The position numbers and the translations under genes were made by a program. A stretch of DNA of 64,000 nt, taken from the NCBI RefSeq assembly GCF_001194135.2, contig NC_068989.1, positions 48,066,922-48,130,921 of the forward strand, in the 5' to 3' direction. This DNA comes from Octopus bimaculoides (Eukaryota). This document shows positions 13,261 through 25,552 of this stretch, one piece after another. Within the stretch, counting starts at the first letter, position 1. Every line of letters begins with the position of its first letter. The notes beneath the pieces are model-generated. The model did no database searches and was not told the origin of the DNA. It saw nothing but the letters and a program-made list of their open reading frames with translations.

Positions 13261-13296
<36 letters not shown>

Positions 13297-13349
13297 TATA
13301 TGTATATGTATATGTTTACACAGACACACGCACATATAGATTGATGGAT

Positions 13350-13369
13350 GGATAGATAGACAGACAGAC

Positions 13370-13433
<64 letters not shown>

Positions 13434-13435
13434 TG
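13350..13435. repeat. (GATA)n microsatellite
   Basis: Direct reading of the sequence. Confidence 0.95.
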
Positions 13436-13924
13436 ATATAAAGACACTACGGGATGGAAAATAACTGAAGTAGTAGAGTAAAGTAACAAGTTGGACAGGA
13501 AAAAATATAGAGACCAATAAGAATGTGGACTGAAAAACGATACGTGGAAGACGATACGTGGAAAAGAAAGGAAATCGATAATTATATGAAAAAAAAATAG
13601 GGAAGTAGATTTTTGTTCAAATATAATCAAAATTAGAATTAAGGATAACAGTAACAATTGGAAAGTGTCCCTCTTTTAAGCTCAAGTAATTTCTTTATCT
13701 ATTTTTTGATTATATCTGTATATATAATGTATAGATATCAGCTTATTGATCTACCTACATACTTATCTATCTATTTATCTATCAAATTATCTTTCTTTTA
13801 ATCTCTATCATGTATAGTTATCTCAGTCATTCTCTTCTCCCTCTCTCTGTGTTCCTTTCTCTCTTATTACTTGTCCCTCACACCATTCTTTCAACCTCCT
13901 CTTTTCTCTGTTATTCTCTTTCTT

Positions 13925-13955
<31 letters not shown>

Positions 13956-14214
13956 GTTTTTCCCTCTCTTCCTTTTTTTCTTCCTTCCCTCATATATACA
14001 TACATTCTTTTGATGCAAATTGTTAGAGTATTTCTTTTCTTTCATGCTACACACATAAAAATAAACACGCTGTCATATCTATATAAACATTTATACATCA
14101 ACACGTTCATGCGTACAAACTGTTATTTATTGCAAAGTATTATATATTTTTGGTATGTTATACACTAAAATTCTCACTCACGTGCACATATGGTCGCACA
14201 AAAACCCACACTAA

Positions 14215-14470
14215 TTCTTACTTTGCTAATTCTTGCACAGTTTGCATGGGTTTTCAAAAGTTCAATATTGACAGAACTTGATCTTCCAGGGAAGTCTGTG
14301 GAAAAAGTCTCCCGGACAACTCTGGCCAAACTTTTACTGCCAAGTCCGGACACTTAAAACATCATCCCCATAGACAGGTCGAATATTCCTTGCTGCCTCC
14401 ATTGCCGAAAACTCATTTTGATTTGCTACAGCATGCAGTGTCTGATATGGGTCTGATCTAGACTCACTTT
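14215..14470 (-). mobile_element. mariner transposase N-terminal fragment
   Basis: Minus strand with frameshifts: HIRHCML*...EAARNIRPVYGDDVLSVRTWQ..F...GDF...NP.QTVQELAK, a mariner HTH region. Confidence 0.75.
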
Positions 14471-14645
14471 AAAAGGACAGAATCGATAGCAATTTAACCA
14501 GCGCCGTATAAAGTATTCTGAAAAGAAAAAAAGACGTTAGAATGTAAATAGCAATGCTTATTTTACAGTAAATATTGAAAAATTCCCATCAAACTGATCA
14601 TATCAAAAACTGTGACATGATTTTCCAACCTAATACACAGATAGG

Positions 14646-14880
14646 TGCGAGAGTCACCTGAAAAATTCATAGGCTGACGAAGATACTCTTTTGGAATGTG
14701 ACCAAATGAGGTTTATTTTTAAACATAATCCTCCTCGCGGACCACATACTTCTTCCATTGGTGTTTCAGTACTTAAATCCCACTGGTGTAGAAGCTTTCA
14801 TCCTGTTGCTCAAAAACATCATTAACAGCAGATATGACATCACCATCACACCGATACTGGTTCCCAGCCAACTGGCTCCC
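14646..14880 (-). mobile_element. mariner transposase C-terminus with 3' TIR
   Basis: Minus strand: LAGNQYRCDGDVISAVNDVFEQQDESFYTSGI*VLKHQWKKYVVREEDYV. A TIR-like tgcgagagtcacctgaaaaattcataggctgac reads on + from ~14646. Confidence 0.8.
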
Positions 14881-15331
14881 AGTCTTTTCCCGACTGGTTC
14901 CCCGTTTTTTCATATCCATATTTTTTCATAGTATATACATTCAACGATATATATATATATATATTTATATAATGAAGACAAAAGCTAAATTCTTGTTAGA
15001 TACTAATATAAACATATACGCTTCATTACTGATTTACACACACGCACGCACACACACAAACACACACACACACACACACTCAGGCATACAGACGCAAATA
15101 TACCTACATACATACACATGTGTTCTTGTGCATGTGCGTGTGTGCGTTTGTCTTTGTGTGTGCATACACATCGCGGAACCATACACTCATAGATATAAAG
15201 ATAGATATACAAACACATACATAAACTCATACAAGAGATCAAATATATACGAGGACGCGTTGCTCTTGAGCTATCTTTTATAATACAATGTGTATAATTG
15301 TAAGGAGTGGTTTCAGATGTATATCTCCCGT

Positions 15332-15388
<57 letters not shown>

Positions 15389-15506
15389 ATGGTGGTGGTG
15401 ATGGTGGTGGTCGTGGTTGTGGTCGTGGTGGTCGTCGTCCTGGTTGTCGTGGTTGTCTCGGTTGTCGTGGTGGTCCCCGTGGTCGTTGCGGTGGCGGCGA
15501 CTGCAG

Positions 15507-15565
<59 letters not shown>
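15332..15565. repeat. compound trinucleotide tract (AGT)n-(GGT/CGT)-(AGT)n
   Basis: Direct reading; it explains the poly-S/V/L ORFs. Confidence 0.95.
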
Positions 15566-16000
15566 TTTCTAGTGTAACTATTATTAACAATAAATGGGAA
15601 CGTAGTTGTAATACTGGGTGGCGAATTAGAAGAAGCTTTAAAAAAATATTGACGAGTCTTTAATTACAACTGAAGTGTCATGTGATGCTGTAGCAATCAT
15701 GATTTCCTAATTGTATTAACGCAGTAAATGGATGTAATTGTCAAAGTTCGTTGTTGTTATCGTTTGATCGCAGGTCGTCCGTGACAGAGAAAACTTATGA
15801 TAAAAATATACTCCAGTCGTGACCAATCCGTCTTTTGATTTCTAGCTACAATTGTCTGTCAGAAAATATAATGCAAAATGTCATTTCATTTTTTCAGACT
15901 CTATGTGTAATTTTATGAAATTTGTCTGCTATTTCACGAAGGTCGAGTGACCACAAATGGCTACCTCGAAATTCAGTTTTAAGTTTCGTTTTAATATTAC

Positions 16001-16216
16001 TGGTAAACTGGCAGAAGTGTTAGCATGCTTGGCAAAATGCTTGCTGGCATTTCGTCCGTCCTTACGCTCTGAGTTCAAATTTCGCTACGGTTCACTTTGC
16101 CTTTTATCCTTTCGGGTTCGATAAAATAAATACCAGCTGAGCACTGGGGTCCATGTAATGGACTTAACTCCTCTACGGAACCTGCTGGCCTTGAGCCAAA
16201 CTTTGAAACCAATATT
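16001..16216 (+). mobile_element. tRNA-derived SINE family A
   Basis: Core ctggcaga..gttagc...aaatgctt...ctgagttcaaatt (B-box-like)...ctttgcc...cctttcggg.tcgataaa...taccag, shared by at least 15 copies in this window. Confidence 0.85.
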
Positions 16217-16330
16217 ACTTAATGAGGAAAGTGAAGTGAAATTATTCCATCCGGGAAGTGAAGGCGGTTCCCCATTATTTCTCTCTTACTCTGCCAACAT
16301 TTTTTCTTTGAAACAATAAACTATGGAACT

Positions 16331-16530
16331 TCTATGTGCTCTCTCGATTTGCTAGAGATAGCACACAAAACTCTCTCATGTCGCACCAAACTGCACTTAA
16401 TAATCAGGAAGTATACAGTGGATGATCTAGTACTAGATACACTGTTTGAAAAAATAGAGGATGGTCATGTTTGGGATGTCTCTGATCATATATTTCCTTG
16501 ATCAGTGCTGATCTTGCGGTAAACAACAAC
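16331..16530 (-). mobile_element. interspersed repeat family D
   Basis: Shares the gttgttgttta...g.cag...tgatc...atg..catcc...gctat.tctagc pattern with 18537, 19264, 20053, 28330 and 42115. Confidence 0.55.
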
Positions 16531-16627
16531 GGCAACAAAAGCATACTTCAATCAGCGACAAAAGCCATATATACATATATTTCCAGCAGGCAGATATACT
16601 TAGTATGTCCTTTGATTAATTTTAATC

Positions 16628-16694
<67 letters not shown>

Positions 16695-16789
16695 TGTATG
16701 TATATATGTATATTTTAGGTATATATGCATGTATGTACGTATGTATGCATATATATATATACATATATATGTTTATGCGGTTGTGTATG

Positions 16790-16855
16790 TGAGCAAGTGC
16801 CGAGTGGTTAAGCAAATCACTTCCCAATCATGAGGTCTAGGGTTCGAGTTGAGTT
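16790..16855 (+). mobile_element. SINE head fragment (family B-like)
   Basis: A-box-like gagtggttaag and B-box-like gggttcgag, with no acceptor-stem closure. Confidence 0.5.
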
Positions 16856-17270
16856 GTAATCCGAAAGCCCAACTTTGTTCCTTATCGTTTCCTATAACAG
16901 AATTACGTTATGGGCACACTTGACCTATGGAATACTCAGAAAACTTATACATTAATTTGACGAGTAGCTAATTCAGCTGTTCGAGCATTGCCGAAACCGA
17001 TGTAAGATCAATAATATCGCAAAATCTTTTACCGGAGAGTAGTGACGATAATGCTATCAATAAACACTAAACTTTGATAGTTCAATACATCCGGAGTCAG
17101 CTTCGATGCCCCACCCCCCACTTCGAAATCACTAAAATAAATTATTTTAACTTTTATCTTAAAGCCAAAGCGATCCACGCTATGATAATTAATACAAATC
17201 GATGGTTTGTTATCCTGTTATGAAAAGCGACCTTACAGAATAGAGAAGTCATTACACCATATCTCAGATG

Positions 17271-17310
17271 ATTTCCTGAAGAAGAGGTTCAATCGCCGAA
17301 ATATTGAAAT
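17271..17310 (+). ncRNA. minimal type I hammerhead ribozyme motif (candidate, degenerate)
   Basis: atttc|CTGAAGA|ag-agg ttcaatcg cc|GAAA|ta-T-t|gaaat: 5-bp stem I, weak stem II, loopless palindromic stem III (atat). Confidence 0.5.
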
Positions 17311-17565
17311 ACAAGAGAAAATACAAATCATCGACTGGTGTTGTTTCTTATAATTTGCATTGTTTTCGCATGAAAAATAATTAAAACGTTTACCTAAATC
17401 GGACAATACTTCATGTAAGCTATACTATTCCACTAAAATAAGTATATTTTATACAACAGTGAGCAATAATTAGCAATGCTATAGAGCACCGGATAATCCG
17501 TTACCAAGAGAAACATGGCTCATACTAGTAGTGGTGGCCTAATCTATCTTGGTGTAAATAGGTAC

Positions 17566-17636
<71 letters not shown>

Positions 17637-18333
17637 GAAGAGGAGGAGGNNNNNNNNNNNNNNNNNNNNNNNNNNNNNNNNNNNNNNNNNNNNNNNNNNN
17701 NNNNNNNNNNNNNNNNNNNNNNNNNNNNNNNNNNNNNNNNNNNNNNNNNNNNNNNNNNNNNNNNNNNNNNNNNNNNNNNNNNNNNNNNNNNNNNNNNNNN
17801 NNNNNNNNNNNNNNNNNNNNNNNNNNNNNNNNNNNNNNNNNNNNNNNNNNNNNNNNNNNNNNNNNNNNNNNNNNNNNNNNNNNNNNNNNNNNNNNNNNNN
17901 NNNNNNNNNNNNNNNNNNNNNNNNNNNNNNNNNNNNNNNNNNNNNNNNNNNNNNNNNNNNNNNNNNNNNNNNNNNNNNNNNNNNNNNNNNNNNNNNNNNN
18001 NNNNNNNNNNNNNNNNNNNNNNNNNNNNNNNNNNNNNNNNNNNNNNNNNNNNNNNNNNNNNNNNNNNNNNNNNNNNNNNNNNNNNNNNNNNNNNNNNNNN
18101 NNNNNNNNNNNNNNNNNNNNNNNNNNNNNNNNNNNNNNNNNNNNNNNNNNNNNNNNNNNNNNNNNNNNNNNNNNNNNNNNNNNNNNNNNNNNNNNNNNNN
18201 NNNNNNNNNNNNNNNNNNNNNNNNNNNNNNNNNNNNNNNNNNNNNNNNNNNNNNNNNNNNNNNNNNNNNNNNNNNNNNNNNNNNNNNNNNNNNNNNNNNN
18301 NNNNNNNNNNNNNNNNNNNNNNNNNNNNNNNNN

Positions 18334-18535
18334 GGAAGAAGAAGAAGAAGAAGAAGGGGAGGAGGAGGAAGAAGAAGAAGAAGGGGAGGAGGAAGAAGAA
18401 GAAGAAGAAGAAGGGGAGGAGGAGGAAGAAGAAGAAGAAGGGGAGGAGGAAGAAGAAGAGGAGGAGGAAGAAGAAGAAGGGGAGGAGGAAGAAGAAGAAG
18501 AAGAAGAGGAGGAGGAGGAGGAAGAGGAGGAGGAT
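18334..18535. repeat. purine-only (GGA/AGA)n higher-order repeat
   Basis: ggggaggaggaagaagaagaa units repeated directly after an N-gap. Confidence 0.9.
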
Positions 18536-18536
18536 T

Positions 18537-18697
18537 AACTTCAGGTCAGCCTCATTCGAGCAAACCTATGGATTCCAGCTGACAGTGTTATAACTAGGAC
18601 TGTATTATATAATGTATTTTTCTAAAGCCATTACGGTGGTATTTAAGGATTATTTGACTTTTATTTCTAGCAGGTCAAACCACCACATAGAAGACAT
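18537..18697 (+). mobile_element. interspersed repeat family D
   Basis: caggtcagcctcattcgagcaaacctatggattccagc...attatttgacttttatttctagcaggtcaaac. Confidence 0.55.
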
Positions 18698-18861
18698 TTA
18701 AAGTGATTAACTTGTTGGAAGCTGTAGCAATGCAATAAATTTGAGAAACGATTCATTCGTTTGCTTATTTAAGTTTCTGTTTTTATATTGTGTACATCCG
18801 TGGGTTCCATTTGCCAAACAAGGGAACTTGAACAGAGAATGGAGATGAATTTGCAAGAAAT

Positions 18862-19258
18862 CATCATCATCATCTTGTCTAACTTGCTCGGATATATTTT
18901 TTACCCGCACAAGCCATCCATCTCGGTCCTGCATCAGGTGAAGGAAGTTTTCAGAGAAACATCTAGTATCCCTGGTGATTTGATCTACCTACTTTGTATT
19001 CGGACTACATGCTCGAATATGGCCATGCTTTGGTATCCAAAGAAGTAGGACACTCGCCAGCTCTTGTTTAGCTCGCCGGCAATGTGCTGCAAAGCGCAAG
19101 TATCTTCCCTTTATAATGGTGAAAACAGTAAATCTGCATACAGTTGTTTCGTTGTGGGATGAGTTCTCCAAGGTATGTTCAAGACTGCTTTTAGCATTGG
19201 GGTGTAAGGTCCATCTAGCTTGGATTCCAGTTTTTGTTAGGCGTGAAAGCTGTTGCTT
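18862..19258 (-). mobile_element. RTE-clade LINE 3' end
   Basis: Minus strand with frameshifts: KLESKLDGPYTPMLKAVLNIPWRTHPTTKQLY...RYLRFAAHCRRAKQELASVLLLWIPKHG...MQDRDGWLVRVKNI, followed by a (TGA)n tail. Confidence 0.85.
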
Positions 19259-19263
19259 TATAT

Positions 19264-19453
19264 GAAAGAAATAGCAGCTAAATATTTCTCATATCATTGC
19301 TTACCATTTTCAAACACGAATGCCACAGTGGATATAATGTAGATCTAGAGGTACACCACACTCTCTTGTAAGAGAGTGTAGAGATGTTACTGGTTAGAAT
19401 GCTGTTTATCATAGATTTACTTAGACCAGAGTGACTCGGGGATAAACAACAAC
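19264..19453 (-). mobile_element. interspersed repeat family D
   Basis: gaaatagcagctaaatatttctc...agaatgctgtttatcatag...gataaacaacaac. Confidence 0.55.
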
Positions 19454-20052
19454 ATCCTTAGTAACCGTACAATGTTAAGTTGTTATCCTCGAACAAGCAA
19501 CTCAAATAATTATCGACTGAATAATTATACAGCAATAATGTGAGGACATTTAGCAAATGTTGTTGAAAAAAAGGCATGAAGGTCACACAATCTCCTTTCT
19601 TAACTAGGTATAAAACATAGACCTCGTATTTATGTAGGAAACCATTATCTCACGATAAATAAAGATATCAAATACACAAAACTAAATAATAGATTTGGTT
19701 ATAATTATGTTTTTTCTTTACTTCTAAATTATCAGATTTGTTTATATCGATTTTAGTTTCAGACGTGGTGGAAAGAATGAAGAAATGTTTGATCGATCGA
19801 TATTAGAAGCAAGATAGCACGGAAGTAAGCAAATATCTTTGCTTTAAAGTAAATAGACTTCAGATGTTTAAGATTGGCAACGTAAACTTTCTAAGTGACT
19901 CTGTTTCTCATATAATAAATGCGAGCTTACGGTTTGGCTGGAAGAAATTGCTAATCAAGAAGTTTAAATAATGATTTCATCTCGCTAGATTCTGTACGAC
20001 TCATCACCAATATATGTAGACCTTCACCATTTCTTCATCTTTAGTTGCCATT

Positions 20053-20222
20053 GCTGTTGTTGTTCAACATCATGTCAGCCCTAATAGAGCTGACTTACAA
20101 TTAAAGATATTGCAGCTATCACTATATTATCTCCATTACCCAATGTCATCGTTTTTAAGACGGTAGTGTAAAATGTGAGGGATATTTTGGCAGCTGTTTC
20201 TCGCAAGCCAGACAAAGAATAG
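20053..20222 (+). mobile_element. interspersed repeat family D
   Basis: gttgttgttcaac...gtcagccctaatagagctgactta...gagggatattttggcagctgtttctcgcaagc. Confidence 0.55.
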
Positions 20223-20929
20223 ATAAAAAAATATCCACATATCTTGGCCAATTCTCCCTCCTCGTCTCAAATATCTCAAAACATCTCTCTACCTCAGATC
20301 TCACACATCACATATTACTCATACGCAAGGCACAAATCCTATTTGTTTTTAGGTTGCAAGTGTCTCAACCCCTATCTAGATCCCATTTCCCTTCAAATTT
20401 CACTCAACATATATGTAAGGTGGTGTCTGCGTTTATGTTGTATTCAGTTTTCCTGTTTCTCACATTTCTCACCAGGATTATAGCAATAACAACTTCTAGT
20501 TGATCTGACTCAATGTCTTCCTTCGTTCTTCGAATTCATGAAGCCATTATCAACTCATTGACTATATATTCTCTTGTATTGAAAATATACATCTCACCTC
20601 TCCCCTCCGAAGTGTCTTCAACGCTCACAATTCCTGGCAGCTTTCACTCATTCTACACTTAGGCTGCTCTGTTAGAAGTTTATCCTTTGCTATTCACAAT
20701 TCCTTACACCATCTTGTTCCATCCACTACTCGCATCTGTGAACGATACACAGACACCTTTCAGCTCAAAACCGAACCTCCACCGAACTATAACTGTCTAT
20801 ACACCTATCAAGACAAGACATCTGCCACTGCCCATCACCGCTGTTCATCACCAATGCCCCTCTCCACAACCCAAAACACAATCAAATACTTCTATGCAGT
20901 AAATATTTGTTCGTATAGTCGATATTTAC

Positions 20930-21615
20930 AAATTACACATTAGCCTGTATAGACTAAATCTACACATTACACATCTATCTATATTCAACATCGACTGGCC
21001 ACCCACTTTTGCAGCATCCAGAACATCTATGCTACAAACAGGATTTGTAGAGTCATAGGCTGCAAATTACAAATTTGTTACATATAAACACATCTATTAG
21101 CTACACACTGACACTCTCTATTTAACATTTACCTGTTACACACTGGATCAATGTAAGCAACAACTTGCACATTACCTGCTTACACATCGGTCTGTATTTA
21201 TATCGACAAGGTCTACCTGCTACACACTGGGCCTGTATCGACAATGCCAGCATGATTACACATGGATTTGAATATTCAATATCCATCTACCAGATACTGG
21301 AGTCTTTGTACTCAACATCAACATGCTAACACACTGCGTCTGTGTATTTAGCATTTACACGCTTACACTTTAGACCTGTATAGACATCTACAGGCTTATA
21401 AAATAGTACTATGTATTCAACATCTACCTATCACACATTGGTTCTGTGTGTTTAGCATCTATCTGCTACACATTGTGTCTGAATAGTCAATACCTACAAC
21501 TTTACTCATTTATCTGTGTATTGAACATTTGCATGCTTACACTGTGTCTCCGCATAGACAGCATCTACAAACTTAGCGTTGTCATTCAATATCTATGCAC
21601 CATACACTGACTGTA
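20930..21615. repeat. degenerate ~40-bp minisatellite
   Basis: Recurring acatctacctgctacacactgg.tctgt.tattca-like units, e.g. at ~21126, 21171, 21211, 21246, 21421 and 21457. Confidence 0.7.
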
Positions 21616-23640
21616 TGAGATTGGCTGTTTAGTTCACATGACAATGTTAGGTCTTAAATAAGTCAACATGTACCATAGTGTAGTTTAATTAATTGAACGG
21701 TGTTGAAAAGAAGTGTATATTAGTGATCTTGGCAACGAACTTGCTGACATAACATTCTGAATAGAGTTCAACAATGACATTTTCTAAATTTACAGAATGA
21801 TTAATTCATACACTCGTAGTGATGACTTTTTTTTTCTAGTAGTTCATGTCAAAAGAACATTTTTTAGGTTTTGGAGTGAGGAAGTTCTCCTCAGATCCCG
21901 AAAACGTCCTACAGTGTGACATTAATCAACCGAGGCTATAGCAAAAGACATTTCACCAAAGTGCATACATTGAAATACAGCAGTAACTCGTGGCTTTCTA
22001 AACAAGCTACATAATCTAAACATACATATACATATATGTATGTGTGTGTTCCAAATAATAAAGTTCTTCATCTTCATAGGGCATTTGAAATAAGGCAACG
22101 GATCTTCATCAGAGTGAAAAACAAGAGCATGCAATATAAACAATATGTTAAGAGCAAATAATTTACCATCTGGGGCTACAGGATCCGTAGGAAAAAGAGT
22201 GAGCTAGTAATGGTCAAGAGAATACTACAATTTATTAACGGGTAGGTGCAATTTGAAGGGGTGGGGAATGTTTAAAAACAAGAAGTTATCAAGAAACTTT
22301 TCTTTATAAGGAAAATACTAACATGATTATCAAAGGGTGATACCTATGCTAACGAAGTAAACTCAAGTAAAAGTAAACAATTATCGTAGGGGGCTTAAGA
22401 AAAGTTTACTCACAGAAATTAATACCGAGAGTCTCACCTATGGTCCACAATGGGTCAAGTCTACGTCCAGCGATCTCTACAATTGGTCAGTTACAGTTTT
22501 AACCGGGGTCACAAGTTAAAACTGTTACAAAGGATTTGTTTATCAAATAAACAAGAAGAGAAAAGATATGGGGGAGGAGTCAATGAATAAATAGCATGGG
22601 GTCGTTTATGTCCTTCAGCATCTTAACGTTATTACATGCATGAGGGAAAAATTAACGAGATCTACGGGGGTTAGTGGTTAAGGGGAGGCAACTAGTGCTG
22701 GTAATTCAGCGGTTCAATAAAAGCTACAAGGGAATGAAATTGGACTAAACTTCGTATAGAGCGAATTGTGGTAATAATTAGATATATACAGGTACGCATG
22801 AAAAATTCATCTTATAGGTGCTCTACAATGCCCAAATAAAAAGGCACTTATAATTAGGTGGATAATGTTTAAGGCCAATCACATTATGAAATAATATCAA
22901 ATAATGAGACTCCCTAGTTGTCAACAGTGTCCTAAGTATGCTTCATAGGCATTACATAGTCATTAAAGTTATAAAGTTCCTAGTATCATAAAACAATTTA
23001 AAGTAATATAATGGCACTATGTGGGTACAATTCATGCCGGGTCTACAGGTAGATTGGTATTATGAGAAAAGTTACCTTGGATCAAGCAACTTACTAAGCA
23101 TGCTTAAAAAGCAGTAAATACCCTAAGATAAAAAAAGAAATACCAATTGAATCTAATCATTAAAATTATAAACAAAGGTATATTAACTCCAAGTGGGGGT
23201 AAAAAAATTCTGGTGGGCATAGAATACAATAAAGTATATAAAAATATGACATATAATAAAAAATAAAATGAAAAGGATGAAAAAATAGAAACATGGGGGA
23301 AATATTGTTCACATGTATATAGGGTTAATAATGTACAATAAAATGGGGGAAGAGCAGTGAGTGGAGGAAAGAACAATGAGTTAGTAGCGAAGATGAGTCC
23401 AAATTCCAGCAAGTGCCGACAAATACATCCATGTCATAAAAGGTGTTAGAGGGTAAAGAAAGTAAGCAAAGTGAAAAAAGCTAAAATTGAAATTTAAGTA
23501 ATATTTGGGATATGAAGTGGTTATAGGTGTAAACGACCATATGATAGAAAAACTAAGGCCTTTGTGTTCTCGTTCAGTTATGATAGAAATAAGAGGCATA
23601 ATACAAGGGTGATGATAAAGTGGGGGAAAGGTTAGTTGGT

Positions 23641-24107
23641 GTAAGAAATAGGTAATAGATATAGGTGGGGGTTACATTTAAAACTTGGAGGGTTGTTATT
23701 TGACTACCTACAAGAGCCTCAGTTATTCCTAACAACACGAACTATAAAAGGATGTATAACCCGCATTAAACTATAAGGGACTACTATTCGTATACTGTGA
23801 GGTTATAGATACTATTATGGGGTAGTGTAAGTATTTCTAGCGTGATTTATATTTGTAAGAAATATTTATATCTATAAGAAATAACAGATATGGGTGGGGG
23901 TAACATTTAAGACTTAAGAAAAGGGTAAGAGGAGGGGTTAGTTATTTGACTACCTATAAGTACCTCGATCATTCCTAACAAGACGAACTATAAAAGGGCT
24001 AAGATGTATAACCTGCATTAAACTACCAGATGCAATTAATTGTATGCTGTGAGGTTATAAGTACTATTATGGGGTAGTATAAGTATTTCTAGTGTTATTT
24101 ATATTTA
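23641..24107. repeat. two diverged ~230-bp direct repeats immediately 3' of the Penelope ORF
   Basis: taagaaata...gata..ggtgggg.t.acatttaa.actt...gttatttgactaccta...attcctaacaa.acgaactataaaag...gatgtataacc.gcattaaacta...gaggttata...tactattatggggtagt.taagtatttctag.gt.atttatattt occurs at ~23641-23870 and ~23875-24107. Confidence 0.9.
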
Positions 24108-25552
24108 TCGAAAGTAGACCTGCCTTTGTGCAGGGAAGCTACATTTCGCTCAACTCTCAGGTTCACTACCGGATTACGTGCTGCTAAAATATTAAAAATT
24201 TCATTAATGCAAAGGTAACATTTTCTATTTTTTTCAGCGAGGGTCTCCCAATTTAATGTGAAGGTAGTGGTACTATCTTTGAGCTCCCAAATGTAGCTAC
24301 TTAAACCAGTCGAATTAATTAAGTTTTTGTTTCTAAAAGAATGTTGGTACGTGACTAGTCTTCGTTTTATTTCATTTTGGGTTGCTCCAATATAACTCAA
24401 TGTGTGTTGTGAGTGTGCATTGATAAATAACGTCCTTAATTCTACAGGTGTTACTGAAGGCACAATCATTCCTGTTCCTACAGTCACATAGGTTATTTTG
24501 TGGCGGTGAGTTGCTTCCTAGTGGGGTAGGATTAGTAGTGAGGTTAAAGTGGTTATTTTGGTTCTGAAAGTATTTTGTACTAAGGTTGAGGTAGTGTTTA
24601 TTGTTATTATTTCAACTAATACCACCGTGGATTCTATTTTTGTTTCTATTTGAGAAAAAAGTATCTAATTTTTTATTATTCAGAGAGGATATTATGCTCC
24701 CTAAATTATATGCAAGGCTATAACTTATCCTTATTGTACTACTATTTATATTAGAATACCTATTATTCTTATCAAAGTATCTATTTACGACACTCAATAA
24801 TAGCCTAGCTAAGTTCGTCCTGATTTGCATTGTAAAAGGGATTATACACCAGATCTTATCTTCCGATTTGCCAGTAGTTTCTTCGTAGGTTGTGTGCTTA
24901 TTGTTATTACTTTTCCTGCGTGCATTGACCCTCGTAGTTCTACCTAGAATGTTACTACTGTTTTTGAAGTTATTCACACAGTTTCTAAATCCGGTCATAT
25001 TAGTGTCATTTGCTGCTGCTACCCGTGCATTTTTACATCGCTTGGGTGTATGGTCATGCGCAGTAATGTTGCAGTTGGCATGTTCGTTATTACTATTATC
25101 CATTACATGCTTATGTGAGATATATTTAATTCTACCTCTATAGCCCGCCTCCATAAGTGCCTTATCGTACTTATCTTTATGACTATTAAATATGACCTCG
25201 TTAGATGAGAGATAGGAAATCCTTTTGCTAATGCCGCTAATTAAAGCTCCTTTTACTAATTGTGGATGATTACTTTGATAGTTTATATACTTAAGGTTAG
25301 AGTTAGGTTTCATATAAGGTTGGTGTAAATCCGTATTTAAGTCACAGTTAACGTTTAAGTAGTTGATGGAGTAGTTTTCATTCTCTATAGTAATGGAGAG
25401 GCCAAATATATTGAAGAATTTATACAGGCGTTTCTTAAGTAACTCAAGGCGCCTATTGGAAATGTTTTAATAAGGAAAAGTGCATCGTCTCTGTATAGGC
25501 CACCCACGAGTTCGGAGAATTCTTTATAGATGTCAACTAAGAGGTAAATACC
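24095..25552 (-). pseudogene. Penelope-type RT + GIY-YIG endonuclease ORF (frameshifted)
   Basis: GGLYRDDAL (RT catalytic motif); LSITIENENYSINYLNVNCDLN...PYMKPNSNLKYINYQSNHP; IRISYS; CDCRNRNDCAFSNTCRIKDVIYQC (Cys linker plus VIY); SYIGATQNEIKRR...STGLSSYIWELK...KCYLCINE. Confidence 0.92.

Noticed and set aside
14680-14700. CTGACGA motif
   Set aside because: It lies in the mariner terminal repeat region and has no GAAA or stems.
20930-21615. Repeat array considered as CRISPR-like
   Set aside because: The context is eukaryotic, the units are degenerate with no constant repeat/unique spacer alternation, and there are no cas genes.
21870-21915. gtgagga...cccGAAAacgtc, and similar ctcta-ttaag-tagag-tcGAAAacgtc at ~27923-27950
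   Set aside because: The CUGANGA strand is broken or missing; possibly old relics, but not supportable.
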